Notes: a model not told the origin generated them from the sequence alone. Counted from the first letter of the stretch, positions 1 to 9,417 are shown. The stretch is DNA of 38,062 bases from Pontixanthobacter sp. (GCA_037968915.1 JBBKWK010000092.1:1-38062); one strand, 5' to 3'. Program-made: numbers and translations.

Positions 1-504
1 CAGAACGTCCGGCGCGGAAGACAGCAGCGCCGCCAGCGCAACGCGCATTTTCCAACCGCCGGAAAAACTGTCGAGCGGCTGGTTCTGCATTTCCTCGTCG
101 AAACCAAGCCCGGTCAAGATTCGGGCCACCCGTGACGGGGCGCTATAAGCGTCGATTGCCAGCAAGCGGTCGTGAACGTCGCCCAGCCGGTGTGGATCGG
201 TGCAGGTTTCGGATTCCTCTATCAGAGCCGCACGCTCCACATCCGCCGCCAATACGGTTTCCGCTGGCGTAGCTGTTCCAGTGGGGGCGTCCTGCGCGAT
301 ATAGCCGAGCCGGGTGGCGCGCGGCATTTCAATCGAGCCTTCGTCCGGATCAATACTGCCGATCATGACCTTCATCAGCGTGGACTTGCCAGCGCCATTG
401 CGGCCGATCAGCCCTACGCGCCCGCCGGGCGGCACCATAGCGGTTGCGCGGTCGAGTATGGTCCGGCCGCCAAGCCGCACAGTGATTCCATTGATTCCAA
501 GCAT
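1..504 (-). CDS. ABC-F family ATP-binding protein (5' part; runs off window start)
   Basis: Manual translation from ATG at 504-502 gives MLGINGITVRLGGRTILD...GLIGRNGAGKSTL (Walker A)...YIAQD...ILTGLGF...FSGGWKMRVALA (signature). The frame stays open to base 1. It is absent from the ORF track because its stop lies outside the window. Confidence 0.93.
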   Translation of the reverse strand, partial: MLGINGITVRLGGRTILDRATAMVPPGGRVGLIGRNGAGKSTLMKVMIGSIDPDEGSIEMPRATRLGYIAQDAPTGTATPAETVLAADVERAALIEESETCTDPHRLGDVHDRLLAIDAYSAPSRVARILTGLGFDEEMQNQPLDSFSGGWKMRVALAALLSSAPDVL

Positions 505-637
505 GGCGCAGCGCCTACCAGCGGTTTGCCCTAATCCCAAGCCATGTCGTGGACGGGACTGCGATTAAAATTGACCTGTTGGGTTAAAGGCACGGTAACC
601 GCCGTGATCTGGCCCTGTTCAGCCAATTCGCTGATAA

Positions 638-2749
638 TTGCTCGCCTTCTGGCGGCAAATTACGCTAGATGCTCAATCACATGATGATTTCGACTACGGC
701 GTCTGGGGTGGAGTAAATGTCCTGACTGAAATTCGAGGGACCGCAAAGTCCGGAGATCGCCCGACTGCCGAACCCGTGCCGCGCCCACGTCTGACGCTTG
801 CGGTGACCGGCCATCGATCAAGCCACCCGTCTTTCTCGGGGCATGGCAGCGCGCTGGAGCAGCAATTTCGAACGCTGTTTGACAGGATCGACGCCATTCT
901 GGCAGATTGCAGTTCTGGAATCGAGATTCGCGAAATAGCCGCGACCAGACTGCACACCCTGACATCGGACGGCACGGACCAGATCGCCGCCCATCTCGCA
1001 TTGGACAGAAATTGGGATCTCATCGTCCCCTTGCCATTTGGCCGAGCCGTTAACGCTGCGATTAATGCCCATCCGATGGATGCGTCCGATCTGCGCCGAA
1101 CCTTGGCTGGCGAACCTGTCAGCGATGCAAGCGCGGCCAAACGTATCGCGGCGATTGAGGAACTAACCACCCGGGCCAGCCTGTTTGAATTGGCCGATGA
1201 TGACGCGCGAATTGCGGCTATGTTGCTGGCAGCATCAGAGCCTGACAGCGATCCCGCAGCGCAAAAGGCCTGCGATCTCGCCGCAGGGGCGCGAGCAGCG
1301 ATGGCGGGACGAATTTTGATCGAACAAAGCGATCTGTTGATTGCGGTATGGGATGGGCAATCCACTGCAGATGTTGGCGGCACCGGACATACTGTCGCCG
1401 AGGCGCTGGAGCTCGGCGTGCCAGTGCTGTGGATCGATCCGGCAGATTTTGGCGGATCGCGATTATTGCAGACGCCTGAAAGTTTGGCCGGTTGCGGTAG
1501 CGCCTTGTCGGAAGACGGGGACGATGCGGGTTTGGCAGCGATAGTCCGTAGCAGCATCCTGCCAGAAGCACCGAAAACTACCGGTAGCCATATAGGTACC
1601 GATGCATTGAATGCCGCACGCTGGCGCGACCATAGTAGTTTGTCCGCCCATGCTTTTCGCCGGATTGAAGCGCTATTTGGTGCGGAAGGTCTGGCCATAC
1701 GCTTAGGCACTGTTCGCCAGAATTATGAACGCCCGTCGGAAATTTCTGCTGGAACCTCTGCGTCGCTGCTATCTGCGATCCATGAGTTGCCCTCGGGTGA
1801 TGCCGGACTGGCTGACAGGATCGGTACCAAGGTTCTCCGCCGTTTTGCCTGGGCGGACGGCATTTCAGCCTATATTTCTGACAGATACCGATCAGGCATG
1901 ACGATCAACTTCCTCCTTGGCTCCTTCGCGATTATCGCGGGCATCCTCTATCTTCCGCTGGTCGACACAGGTCAGAAATGGTTGTTCGCTTCTGCGGAAT
2001 TCCTGCTGCTGTTGATGATTATCGCGATCACGATCCATGGCACCCGGCAGCGCCTTCACGGCCGCTGGTTCGAGACGCGCAGAGCGGCGGAATATCTTAG
2101 GCATAGCCCACTGTTGCTGGCGATGGGCGTGGCGCGTCCGGCAGGCAAATGGCCGCGCGGCACCAAAAGCTTCTGGCCTGAATGGTATGCCCGCCACAGC
2201 ATGCGCGCGGTTGGGCTACCGGCGGCAAAGATCGGCAAACCCTACCTCCAAACGGCGCTGGCAATGCTGCGCGATCACCATGTCTTGCCGCAGCGCGATT
2301 ACCATCACCGCAAGGCCCGGCAATTGAACCGCGTTCACGAGGGGCTCGATCACCTTTCTGCCTTGCTGTTTATCGCTGCAGTTATGTCGGTGGCAATTTA
2401 CCTCTCGCTGGTGGCAGCAGACACGCTCGGTTTGATCGAAGGCGGCTGGGTTGCTCACGTCGCCAAGGCATTTACCGTGCTGGGAGTGGCTCTGCCGACA
2501 CTTGGCGGTGCCTTCGCCGGTATCCGTTATTTCGGCGATTTCGAGCGCTTTGCCGCCATTTCAGAAGTTGCCGCGGAACGGCTGACTGTGGTTGCAGACC
2601 GGATCGCACTGCTGCAAAGCGCGCCTGTGGAACGGCTCGAATATCGCCATGTCGTAGAATTGATCCATGCGGCAGACGATGTGGTGTTTTCCGAGATTCA
2701 AAACTGGCAGGCCGTGTTCAGCGGAAAGAAAATAACCGTTCCGGCATGA
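638..2749 (+). CDS. SLOG-superfamily nucleotide-binding domain fused to two SLATT-like 2-TM effector modules
   Basis: N-terminal motifs LAVTGHR, DGTDQIAAHLAL...LIVPLPF and SDLLIAVWDG...GGTGHTVAEALELGVPVLWID match the SLOG fold pattern. The C-terminal half has four hydrophobic helices with the WFETRRAAEYLR and QRDYH motifs typical of SLATT modules. The start is uncertain (TTG 638, CTG 722 or GTG 776). Confidence 0.75.
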   Translation: MLAFWRQITLDAQSHDDFDYGVWGGVNVLTEIRGTAKSGDRPTAEPVPRPRLTLAVTGHRSSHPSFSGHGSALEQQFRTLFDRIDAILADCSSGIEIREIAATRLHTLTSDGTDQIAAHLALDRNWDLIVPLPFGRAVNAAINAHPMDASDLRRTLAGEPVSDASAAKRIAAIEELTTRASLFELADDDARIAAMLLAASEPDSDPAAQKACDLAAGARAAMAGRILIEQSDLLIAVWDGQSTADVGGTGHTVAEALELGVPVLWIDPADFGGSRLLQTPESLAGCGSALSEDGDDAGLAAIVRSSILPEAPKTTGSHIGTDALNAARWRDHSSLSAHAFRRIEALFGAEGLAIRLGTVRQNYERPSEISAGTSASLLSAIHELPSGDAGLADRIGTKVLRRFAWADGISAYISDRYRSGMTINFLLGSFAIIAGILYLPLVDTGQKWLFASAEFLLLLMIIAITIHGTRQRLHGRWFETRRAAEYLRHSPLLLAMGVARPAGKWPRGTKSFWPEWYARHSMRAVGLPAAKIGKPYLQTALAMLRDHHVLPQRDYHHRKARQLNRVHEGLDHLSALLFIAAVMSVAIYLSLVAADTLGLIEGGWVAHVAKAFTVLGVALPTLGGAFAGIRYFGDFERFAAISEVAAERLTVVADRIALLQSAPVERLEYRHVVELIHAADDVVFSEIQNWQAVFSGKKITVPA

Positions 2750-2789
2750 ACCGGCGGTTTTGAGGCAAGAGGCTCAGACAAGGTACAGC

Positions 2790-4985
2790 ATGGACCGCGC
2801 TGCAATCGTTCACGACAATTTTCTGCGCCGGGTGGCGGCAGGAGATTTTCCTGCCGGCAAGGCGCCCGACGGGCCGCTTACGCCTGAATTGGCGGTGTCA
2901 ATCTACCGCTCAGCCTGCTTGACCCGCGCACTCGACCGCACCAGCCGGTCAATGCAGGCTGCGGGACAAGGGTTTTATACCATCGGGTCGTCTGGCCACG
3001 AAGGTATGGCCGCCGTAGCCGCTGCCCTGCTCCCGACCGATATGGCATTCCTCCATTACCGTGACGCGGCCTTCCAGATCCAGCGGGCCGAACAAGTGCC
3101 CGGGCAGACCATCACCTGGGATATGCTGCTGTCCTTTTCCTGTTCGGTTGAGGACCCGATTTCGGGCGGCCGGCACAAGGTTCTCGGCTCCAGGGCGCTG
3201 ACTATTCCGCCGCAAACCTCCACCATCGCCAGCCATTTGCCCAAAGCTGTAGGGGCGGCCTATTCGGTCGGTCTGGCAAAGCGCATTCGGCCTGAACATC
3301 AGACCCTGCCCGATGATGCGATCATTATGTGTTCGTTCGGCGATGCGTCCGCCAACCACTCGACCGCACAAGGGGCGATCAACACCGCGTGCTGGACCGC
3401 GTATCAGAAAATTCCGATGCCGTTGCTGTGCGTTTGTGAGGACAATGGCATCGGCATTTCCACCAAGACACCCGACGGCTGGATTGCCGCCAGTTTTGCG
3501 CAGCGTCCGGGCCTTAAATATTTCCACTGCGACGGGCTGGATATTTACGAGACATTTCGGATTGCGAGCGAGGCTGCGGAATATGTCCGCACCCGGCGCA
3601 AGCCAGCATTCCTGCATATCCGCACCATCCGGTTGTATGGCCATGCGGGCGCGGATGTGCCGACCACCTATCTTCCAAAGTCGGAGGTTGAGGCCGAAGA
3701 AGCAAATGATCCCTTGCTCCATTCGGTCCGTCTACTGGGTGCCGCTGGCGCGCTGACACCGGATCAGGCGCTGGCGATTTATGGCAGCACTTGCGAGCGG
3801 GTTCGGCGTATCTCAGAACAAGCCATAACCCGCCCGCGCCTGCACAGCGCAGAACAGGTCATGGCCAGCATTATCCCGCCGCGCCGCGTATATGCGCCGA
3901 CCAATGGCACCGCGCCAGAGGCCCGCACAGCGACCTTTGGCAACGATCTAAAAGCCGCAAACCAACCGCAGATTATGTCGCGCCTGATCAATTTTGCATT
4001 GACCGATCTGATGCTCGACCATCCCGAAATCGTGATGATGGGGGAGGATATCGGGCGTAAGGGCGGCGTTTACGGAGTGACCCAAAAACTCAGCCAGCGC
4101 TTCGGCCGGGCGCGGATGATCGATACGCTGCTGGATGAACAGTCCATCCTCGGCCTGGCGCTAGGTATGGCTCAGAACGGCTTGCTGCCGATCCCGGAAA
4201 TCCAGTTCCTTGCCTATCTCCACAATGCCGAGGATCAATTACGAGGCGAAGGGGCGACGCTCCCGTTTTTCTCCAATGGCCAATACACCAATCCAATGGT
4301 TCTGCGGATCGCCGGGCTTGGCTATCAGAAGGGCTTTGGCGGCCATTTCCATAATGACAATTCGGTGGCGGTCTTGCGCGATATTCCAGGGCTGATCCTG
4401 TGCTGCCCGTCCAATGGGCCGGATTCCGCGCGGTTGTTGCGCGAATGCGTACGGCTGGCGCGGGAAGAACAGCGGCTGGTGGTCTTCCTTGAACCGATTG
4501 CGCTGTACGGGATGCGGGATTTGCACGAGGCGGGTGATGGCGGCTGGCTGGGTACCTATCCCGCAGCGGACGAGCGGATCGGCTTTGGCGAAGTCACTAC
4601 AACCGGCAGCGGGGAAGACCTCGCCATCATCAGCTTCGCCAATGGGGCCTATCTCTCGCATCAGGCGCAAAAGCGGCTCGAGGCGGAGGGAATTTCTGCG
4701 CGGGTGATCGATCTGAACTGGCTGTCGCCTTTGCCGGAGGATGCCATGCTCGCCGCGACCAACGGGTGCCGCCATGTGCTGATCGTGGATGAAACGCGGG
4801 CCAGCGGCGGAATAGCCGATGCGTTGATGACGGTTTTTGCCGAAAAGGATGCCGAGAGGCGTCCAATCGCCCGGATCAGTGCGAAGGACAGCTTTATCCC
4901 AACCGGTCCCGCCTATGCGGCCACCATGCCCTCGCTTGAACAAATTGTTTCTGCGGCCCGTAAATTGGTCGGGGCTAAATCATGA
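2790..4985 (+). CDS. Thiamine diphosphate-dependent 2-oxoacid dehydrogenase E1, fused alpha/beta
   Basis: Alpha motifs: FYTIGSSGHEG, ThDP motif GDAS...EDN, RLYGHAGAD. Beta motifs: GEDIGRKGGVYGVT, DTLLDEQ, EIQF, VVFLEP. I prefer ATG 2790 over the ORF-track TTG 2760. Confidence 0.9.
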   Translation: MDRAAIVHDNFLRRVAAGDFPAGKAPDGPLTPELAVSIYRSACLTRALDRTSRSMQAAGQGFYTIGSSGHEGMAAVAAALLPTDMAFLHYRDAAFQIQRAEQVPGQTITWDMLLSFSCSVEDPISGGRHKVLGSRALTIPPQTSTIASHLPKAVGAAYSVGLAKRIRPEHQTLPDDAIIMCSFGDASANHSTAQGAINTACWTAYQKIPMPLLCVCEDNGIGISTKTPDGWIAASFAQRPGLKYFHCDGLDIYETFRIASEAAEYVRTRRKPAFLHIRTIRLYGHAGADVPTTYLPKSEVEAEEANDPLLHSVRLLGAAGALTPDQALAIYGSTCERVRRISEQAITRPRLHSAEQVMASIIPPRRVYAPTNGTAPEARTATFGNDLKAANQPQIMSRLINFALTDLMLDHPEIVMMGEDIGRKGGVYGVTQKLSQRFGRARMIDTLLDEQSILGLALGMAQNGLLPIPEIQFLAYLHNAEDQLRGEGATLPFFSNGQYTNPMVLRIAGLGYQKGFGGHFHNDNSVAVLRDIPGLILCCPSNGPDSARLLRECVRLAREEQRLVVFLEPIALYGMRDLHEAGDGGWLGTYPAADERIGFGEVTTTGSGEDLAIISFANGAYLSHQAQKRLEAEGISARVIDLNWLSPLPEDAMLAATNGCRHVLIVDETRASGGIADALMTVFAEKDAERRPIARISAKDSFIPTGPAYAATMPSLEQIVSAARKLVGAKS

Positions 4986-6010
4986 AAACCGCTGTCGTCA
5001 TTTGTCCCGGCCGCGGGACCTACAACAAAGCCGAACTCGGCTATCTGGCGCGGCATTTCCCCGCCCCCGACTTACTCGCCCAGTTTGATGCCCAGCGCTT
5101 GGCGGCGGGACAGGAAACGTTGAGCGAGATCGACGGTGCTGACCGGTTTTCAGGTGCCAAGCATACGCGCGGTGACAATGCCTCGGGACTTATTTACGCC
5201 GCCACGCTGGGCGATTTCATGGCGATCGACCGGGAAAAGGTCGAGGTGGTTGCGGTCACTGGTAATTCCATGGGTTGGTATTCCGCGCTTGCTTGCGCCG
5301 GGGCGCTATCGCCCGAGAATGGCTTTGCAGTTGCGAATACGATGGGCACGTTGATGCAGAAAGCGCTGATCGGCGGGCAATTGGTCTATCCTTTCCTCGG
5401 CGATGATTGGCGGCCCGATCCCGCGCGCCGAGACGCCTTGCTGGCGCTGGTGGCCGAGATTGATCAGCGCGATGGACATGTCCTTTGCCTGTCGATTGCA
5501 TTGGGCGGAATGTCGGTGCTGGCCGGAGACGCCGCGGGATTGGCTGCGTTTGAAGCCGAGGCCGAGCCGCTGCAAGGAAGATTCCCGATGCGGCTGGGCA
5601 ATCATGCGGCGTTTCACACGCATTTGCAGCACCCTGTTGCCGAGCAGGGTCGAGCGGTACTCCCGTCGGATCTTTTTGACCAACCAATCCTGCCGATGAT
5701 CGATGGGCGCGGAGCAATTTGGTGGCCACACGCCAGTGATGTCCAGGCGTTGCACGATTACACTCTCCGGGCGCAGGTCACCCAGACTTACGATTTCACC
5801 CGCGCCATAGAAGTGGCTGCGCGTGAATTTGCACCCGACCTGTTTATCGTCACAGGCCCTGGCACCACATTGGGAGGCGCGGTCGCTCAATCGTTGATTC
5901 TCGCGGATTGGCGCAGCATGGGCAGCAAGGATGATTTTCGCGCAGCGCAGAATGAGACCGGAATGTTAGTCTCGATGGGGATGGACGATCAGCGCGCCAA
6001 TGTAATTTGA
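4982..6010 (+). CDS. Atypical FabD/ACP S-malonyltransferase-like acyltransferase
   Basis: CPGRG (cf. FPGQG), GNSMG nucleophile motif (cf. GHSLG) and AAFHT (cf. AFHS). ATGA overlap with the upstream E1 stop codon. Confidence 0.85.
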   Translation: MKTAVVICPGRGTYNKAELGYLARHFPAPDLLAQFDAQRLAAGQETLSEIDGADRFSGAKHTRGDNASGLIYAATLGDFMAIDREKVEVVAVTGNSMGWYSALACAGALSPENGFAVANTMGTLMQKALIGGQLVYPFLGDDWRPDPARRDALLALVAEIDQRDGHVLCLSIALGGMSVLAGDAAGLAAFEAEAEPLQGRFPMRLGNHAAFHTHLQHPVAEQGRAVLPSDLFDQPILPMIDGRGAIWWPHASDVQALHDYTLRAQVTQTYDFTRAIEVAAREFAPDLFIVTGPGTTLGGAVAQSLILADWRSMGSKDDFRAAQNETGMLVSMGMDDQRANVI

Positions 6011-6100
6011 AGGCGCCGCAAATAACGTTGCCGGTAAAGGGAGGACTCGCTTTGACCCCCCTCATGTGCTTACATTGATGTCAGTAAGATAAGGAAGAAC

Positions 6101-7603
6101 ATGCTCGCGACCTCACCCGATTTCGATGTGCTGATCGTCGGCGCCGGTATTTCCGGCATCGGCATGGCCGCGCACATGGAAATGATGTGCCCCGACCGGA
6201 CCTATGCGCTGCTTGAGCGGCGCAAGCAGCTGGGCGGCACTTGGGATCTGTTCCGCTACCCCGGAATACGTTCGGACAGCGATATGCATACGCTGGGCTT
6301 TGTTTTCGAACCGTGGAAACACGAAAAAAGCATTGCGGATGGCCCCGCAATCCTCGATTATCTCAACCGCATTGTCGATGAGCGCGATATTCGCCGCCAT
6401 ATCCGCACCGGTCACAAGGTTTTGGCCGCCGACTGGCGAGAGGACCAAGCGCGCTGGCACGTCACGGTCGAAATGGAGGACGGACAGCAAAGTCTGCTGA
6501 CTGCCAATTTTCTTTACCTCGGGTCCGGCTATTACGATTATGATCAACCCTATGATCCGGGTTTTGCAACGGGCGATTTCAAAGGTCAGCTCATCCATCC
6601 TCAATTCTGGCCGGAAGACCTTGATTATGCTGGCAAGCGCGTGCTGGTGATTGGTTCCGGCGCCACGGCGGTGACCATCGTCCCCTCGATTGCCGACAAG
6701 GCTGAGCATGTGACCATGTTGCAGCGGACACCGACCTGGATGTTTTCCCGCCCGGCCAAAGATGCGTTGGCCAATTTCCTGCGCAAGATTCTTCCTGAGA
6801 AACTGGCCTACAGGATCACCCGCTGGAAAAACGTGCGGATGCAGGATTTTGCTTTCAAGCTTGCCCGCAGGAAGCCCGAACGTGTGAAGGCGGCGCTGAA
6901 GACCGCCATCGAAAAGGAGCTGGGCCCAGATTATGACGAGGCCAGTTTCACCCCGCCCTATGATCCGTGGGACCAGCGCCTGTGCCTGGTGCCCGACGCC
7001 GATCTGTTCGAGGCTATGAAAGCGGGCAAGGCCGATATTGTCACCGGACGGATCGCCCGGTTTACCGAAAGCGGGGTCGAGCTTGAATCGGGTGAGGCTA
7101 TCCCGGCTGACATTATCGTTACTGCCACCGGCCTTAATCTGGCCATGGCCGGGAAGATGGCGATCAGCCAGGACGGAACGCCGGTCGATTTCAGCCAGCG
7201 ATTTTATTACAAGGGGGCCATGTTCTCGAACCTGCCCAATCTGGCAGTGGTGTTCGGTTACCTTAACGCCAGCTGGACCTTGCGCGCCGATATCAATTCG
7301 GAATTTATTTGCCGGGTGCTGAACCGGATGGAGAAGATCGGCAGCGATATTGCAGTGCCGATTTTGCCTGAAAACCATGGGCTGGAAGAAGACAATATTT
7401 TCGATTTCTCCTCCGGATATATCCAGCGGTCGCTCGATATCATGCCAAAAAGCGCGGTCAGTTACCCTTGGCGGCTCAATCAGGAATATGTGTCCGATCG
7501 CAAGATCATGCGCCGCTCCGACGTTGAGGACGGCGTTCTCGCATTCCGCAGGTCAGCGGGCAATGCTGCAAAGTCGCAGGATGCGCTTCAAGCAGCGGAG
7601 TAA
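6101..7603 (+). CDS. Flavin-containing monooxygenase (EthA/AlmA-like Baeyer-Villiger type)
   Basis: GAGISG, GGTWDLFRYPGIRSDSD, FKGQLIHPQFWP fingerprint and GSGATA. RBS AAGGAAG upstream. Confidence 0.92.
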   Translation: MLATSPDFDVLIVGAGISGIGMAAHMEMMCPDRTYALLERRKQLGGTWDLFRYPGIRSDSDMHTLGFVFEPWKHEKSIADGPAILDYLNRIVDERDIRRHIRTGHKVLAADWREDQARWHVTVEMEDGQQSLLTANFLYLGSGYYDYDQPYDPGFATGDFKGQLIHPQFWPEDLDYAGKRVLVIGSGATAVTIVPSIADKAEHVTMLQRTPTWMFSRPAKDALANFLRKILPEKLAYRITRWKNVRMQDFAFKLARRKPERVKAALKTAIEKELGPDYDEASFTPPYDPWDQRLCLVPDADLFEAMKAGKADIVTGRIARFTESGVELESGEAIPADIIVTATGLNLAMAGKMAISQDGTPVDFSQRFYYKGAMFSNLPNLAVVFGYLNASWTLRADINSEFICRVLNRMEKIGSDIAVPILPENHGLEEDNIFDFSSGYIQRSLDIMPKSAVSYPWRLNQEYVSDRKIMRRSDVEDGVLAFRRSAGNAAKSQDALQAAE

Positions 7604-7642
7604 CGCTTCACCTTCCCCGCCAGATCGCCTAGTCAGATTGTC

Positions 7643-8398
7643 ATGAGCACCCGTATCTATACCGCCGGTCTCGTCATTATCGGCGACGAAATCCTGTCTG
7701 GCCGCACGCATGACAAGAACATTGCGCAGGTTGCCAGCTGGCTGCAAGTGCAAGGCATCCGCCTGACCGAGGTCCGCGTGGTCGCCGATGTGCAAGACCG
7801 GATCGTGGATGCGGTCAACACACTGCGCGCATCCTATGATTACCTGTTCACCACCGGGGGCATCGGGCCGACGCATGATGACATTACCGTGGACGCCGTG
7901 GCGCAGGCATTGGGGGTGCCGGTCATTATCCACCCAGAGGCGCGAGCGATTCTGGAGCGCTATTACGCCGAAAAAGGCGGGATCAATGAAGGCCGATTGC
8001 GCATGGCGCGGGTTCCGGAGGGTGCTGAACTCATCCCCAACCGGATGTCGGGCGCGCCAGGGATCAAGATCGGCAACGTATTCCTGATGGCTGGCGTCCC
8101 GCACATCACCGCTGGAATGCTCGACGCGTTGACCGGAACGCTGGAAGGCGGCGCGCAATTGCTGGCTGAAACGGTAGGATGCTGGGTCCCCGAAAGCGAG
8201 GTGGCCGATTTGCTGCGCGAGGCAGAACAGGCCCATGAAACCTGCCAGATCGGCAGCTACCCCTTCTTCCGTGATGGCAAGGTCGGCGCGAATTTCGTAA
8301 TCCGCTCAACCGAAGCCGACGCGTTGGCCAGCTGCGTCGATACGTTGTGCGAGGGTCTTGGTACTCGCGGCTGGGATTTCACGCCGGGCGGAATTTGA
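7643..8398 (+). CDS. CinA-like molybdopterin-binding domain protein (COG1058 type)
   Basis: IGDEILSGRTHDKN, TGGIGPTHDDIT, MAGVP and IGSYP motifs. Confidence 0.9.
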   Translation: MSTRIYTAGLVIIGDEILSGRTHDKNIAQVASWLQVQGIRLTEVRVVADVQDRIVDAVNTLRASYDYLFTTGGIGPTHDDITVDAVAQALGVPVIIHPEARAILERYYAEKGGINEGRLRMARVPEGAELIPNRMSGAPGIKIGNVFLMAGVPHITAGMLDALTGTLEGGAQLLAETVGCWVPESEVADLLREAEQAHETCQIGSYPFFRDGKVGANFVIRSTEADALASCVDTLCEGLGTRGWDFTPGGI

Positions 8399-8453
8399 GC
8401 AGACAACTCTCGAAGAGTGTTGACCTTGGCCAAGATGCCAATCAAATCGGCAT

Positions 8454-8798
8454 ATGGCGAGAGCACAAAGACTTGAGAAAATGGATATTCTCCGGACGGA
8501 ACTGGAGAAGGAATATCTGGAGGCATTGATCAATGCCTTGCGAGTGACGTCCGCCGGCAATTGGGGCCTGTTCGACCATAATCAGAGCCGCATTGAACGG
8601 ACCAAAGCGGCGCCAATGATCGAAAAACTGTGCGACCTGGGCGAGGAGATCGACGGGATACGGGACAGACTCGGCCTTGGACCTTTCGCTCTGCACGAAG
8701 AACTCGAGGCATCGCGCGGTCCTGTGCCTACGACCGCTGTTGGTGAGCCGAAACAGGCTAGGGCTTGGCTGGCCCGTCTGCCGCAGCCCAACGCTTAA
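8454..8798 (+). CDS. Hypothetical protein (114 aa, helical)
   Basis: Fills the intergenic space on the same strand as its neighbours and has protein-like composition. No recognised motif. Confidence 0.7.
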   Translation: MARAQRLEKMDILRTELEKEYLEALINALRVTSAGNWGLFDHNQSRIERTKAAPMIEKLCDLGEEIDGIRDRLGLGPFALHEELEASRGPVPTTAVGEPKQARAWLARLPQPNA

Positions 8799-8856
8799 GC
8801 CACCATCAATCGGGCGGCACCTAAGGCGGTATCCAGCAATAACCGGAGAATGCACC

Positions 8857-9411
8857 TTGAGACGTACTGCCAAATTTGCGCTACTCGCAGCGCTTGCTAC
8901 CGGCGCGTTCGCATTATCCGGCTGTGCAACCGTTCTAGACAAGCACCCGGTTGGGAATTCCGCCGTGCCAGAACCGACCAAATCGGTAAATCTGGCCCGA
9001 TATACGGGCCGCTGGTATGAACTCGCTCGTTACGAGCAAGGATTTCAAAAGGGCTGTGACGGGGTCACGGCTGACTACACCATGCGCCAAGATGGAAAAA
9101 TCGACATCCTTAACCGCTGCCGCAAGCCCGATGGCAAGATCAGCGACGCCAAGGGCAAGGCCAAGATTGTCGACGCAGAAACCAATGCCAAGCTTAAGGT
9201 CAGCTTCTTCGGCCCGTTCTACGGCAATTATTGGGTGCTGGACCGGGCCGACGATTACAGCTGGGCCATCGTGGGTGAACCGTCCGGGCGCTATCTATGG
9301 ATCCTTTCGCGAGAAGCGACGCCCAGCCAGAATAGGCTCGATAGTTTGATCGCCCGGGCCAATGCGATGGGATACGACACCAGCTATTTGCGAATGACAG
9401 CCCAGCCGTAA
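8857..9411 (+). CDS. blc: Bacterial lipocalin (lipoprotein)
   Basis: TTG start after GGAGA. Signal peptide with lipobox LSGC. Lipocalin motifs YTGRWYELAR, KLKVSFFGPFYGNYWVL and YLWILSR. Confidence 0.92.
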   Translation: MRRTAKFALLAALATGAFALSGCATVLDKHPVGNSAVPEPTKSVNLARYTGRWYELARYEQGFQKGCDGVTADYTMRQDGKIDILNRCRKPDGKISDAKGKAKIVDAETNAKLKVSFFGPFYGNYWVLDRADDYSWAIVGEPSGRYLWILSREATPSQNRLDSLIARANAMGYDTSYLRMTAQP

Positions 9412-9417
9412 TGAATA

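Noticed and set aside
694-1710. 338-aa minus-strand ORF
   Set aside because: Antisense shadow of the SLOG-SLATT gene. Ser/Ala/Arg-rich with no motif, as expected in GC-rich DNA.
6113-7378. 421-aa minus-strand ORF
   Set aside because: Antisense shadow of the monooxygenase, produced by codon bias.
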